A stretch of DNA of 64,000 nucleotides from Octopus sinensis (Eukaryota), in assembly GCF_006345805.1 (NCBI RefSeq), contig NC_042999.1:6076001-6140000 (forward strand). The letters run 5' to 3'. How positions within the stretch are numbered: the first letter of the stretch is position 1; each line of letters begins with the position of its first letter. The notes below the pieces were generated by a model that ran no database searches, was not told where the DNA came from, and saw only the letters and a list, made by a program, of their open reading frames with translations. Made by a program: the position numbers and the translations under genes. This document shows, piece after piece, positions 62,484 to 64,000 of the stretch.

Positions 62484-62858
62484 GGAAGCACTCCGTCGGT
62501 TACGACGACGAGGGTTCCGGTTGATCCGATCAACGGAACAGCCTGCTCGTGAAATTAACGTGTAAGTGGCTGAGCACTCCACAGACACGTGTACCCTTAA
62601 CGCAGTTCTCGGGTATATTCAGCATGACACAGAGAGTGACAAGGCCGGCCCTTTGAAATACAGGTACAACAGAAACAGGAAGTAAGAGCGAAAGAAAGTT
62701 GTGGTGAAAGAGTACAGCAGGGATCACCACCATCCCTGCCGGAGCCTCGTGGAGCTTTTTAGGTGTTTTCGCTCAATAAACACTCACAACGCCCGGTCTG
62801 GGAATCGAAACCGCGATCCTACGACCGCTGATCTAACCACTGGGCCATTGCGCCTCCA
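62484..62858 (-). mobile_element. SINE family C with 11-bp TSD
   Basis: Reverse complement of 53539-53926; TSD TTGGTCACGTT at 62473-62483 and 62859-62869. Confidence 0.92.
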
Positions 62859-63106
62859 TTGGTCACGTTATAGCAAAATAGATGACATTGAAGCTGATTA
62901 TATTGGTAAAGAGTGACAGAGGAAGTACAGCGGAACTGGAAGCGAGTGAAATATGATGCTGAATTTCAGCTTCTGGGAGTTATGAGGACGATGCAGGCTC
63001 AGAAATAATCTGTCCATAGCAACATCCACAGATGAATTTGATACGTAAACATGGTTTGTAAATCTCTCCAGTCAGAGTTGAATAAAATGTATTGTTATAC
63101 TCTATA

Positions 63107-63510
63107 GGCGTAGTAGTGGCTGTGTGGTAAGTAGCTTGCTTATGAACCACATGGTTCCAGGTTCAGTCCCACTGCGTGGCACCTTGGGCAAGTGTCTTCT
63201 ACTATAGCCTCAGGCCAACCAAAGCCTTGTGAGTGGATTTGGTAGACAGAAACTGAAAGAAGCTTGTCGTATATATGTGTGTGTGTATATATATATATGT
63301 GTGTGTGTGTGCACATATATTTGTCACCCCAACATCACTTGACAACTGATGCTGGTATGTTTACGTCCCCCGTAACTTAGCGGTTCAGCAAAAAGAGCCC
63401 GAAGGAATAATTACTAGGCTTACAAAGAATAAGTCCTGGGGTCAATTTGCTCGATTAAAGGCAGTGCTTCAGCATGGCCACAGTCAAATGACTGAAACAA
63501 GTAAAAGAGT
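63107..63510 (+). mobile_element. SINE family A, full length
   Basis: Same as 15152. Confidence 0.9.
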
Positions 63511-63522
63511 ACAGACGAATAT

Positions 63523-63578
63523 TTCGATTCCAGGCAATGACCAGAATAATAATGATAATGATGATGATGATGATGATG

Positions 63579-63651
<73 letters not shown>

Positions 63652-63678
63652 CGACGACATCGAGAAATACCTTAGGAA
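63523..63678 (+). mobile_element. Internal fragment of the tRNA/(AAT)n/hammerhead element
   Basis: TTCGATTCCAGGCAATGACCAG-(AAT/GAT)n-CATCGAGAAATACCTTAGGAA links the head end to the body start. Confidence 0.7.
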
Positions 63679-63820
63679 ACTTATTTTTTGCAATATAGGT
63701 GCCTTAGCACCCTCTGTCACAATTAGTGACGATAAATTTTTCATTTGTGGTTTTATACTGTGCCTAGCTGTTTATGTATATATAAGTATGTATGTATGTA
63801 TGTATGTATGTATATCTATT

Positions 63821-63944
<124 letters not shown>

Positions 63945-64000
63945 TAGATATATAGATAGATAAAACTTACTTGGGAATGGATGCATGGTGTTTAATATGG

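Overview
Eukaryotic, AT-rich, repeat-saturated genomic DNA. The SINE families and microsatellite load indicate an octopod cephalopod, most likely Octopus; this rests on recognition, not a search. There is a 100-N gap at 9186-9285. Nearly all long ORFs in the supplied track are translations of microsatellites. The real content is transposon debris: several R4/Dong-type RLE retrotransposon families sitting in (AAT)n tracts, RTE/BovB and CR1/L2-like LINE fragments, two Naiad-type Penelope-like elements (PLEs), Helitrons (non-autonomous copies plus a Pif1 helicase fragment), a nested mariner / DD40-41D / Tc1 stack, and at least four tRNA-derived SINE families. The most interesting layer is non-coding: five minimal type-I hammerhead ribozyme motifs in PLE-like terminal repeats or foldbacks. 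Two have compensatory swaps of the C3:G8 core pair (G3:C8 and U3:A8), and one lies in a tRNA-headed, microsatellite-containing element arranged as a head-to-head palindrome. Host-gene evidence is limited to a candidate MGxxxS first coding exon (18198-18686, +) and a candidate internal exon (58179-58285, -).
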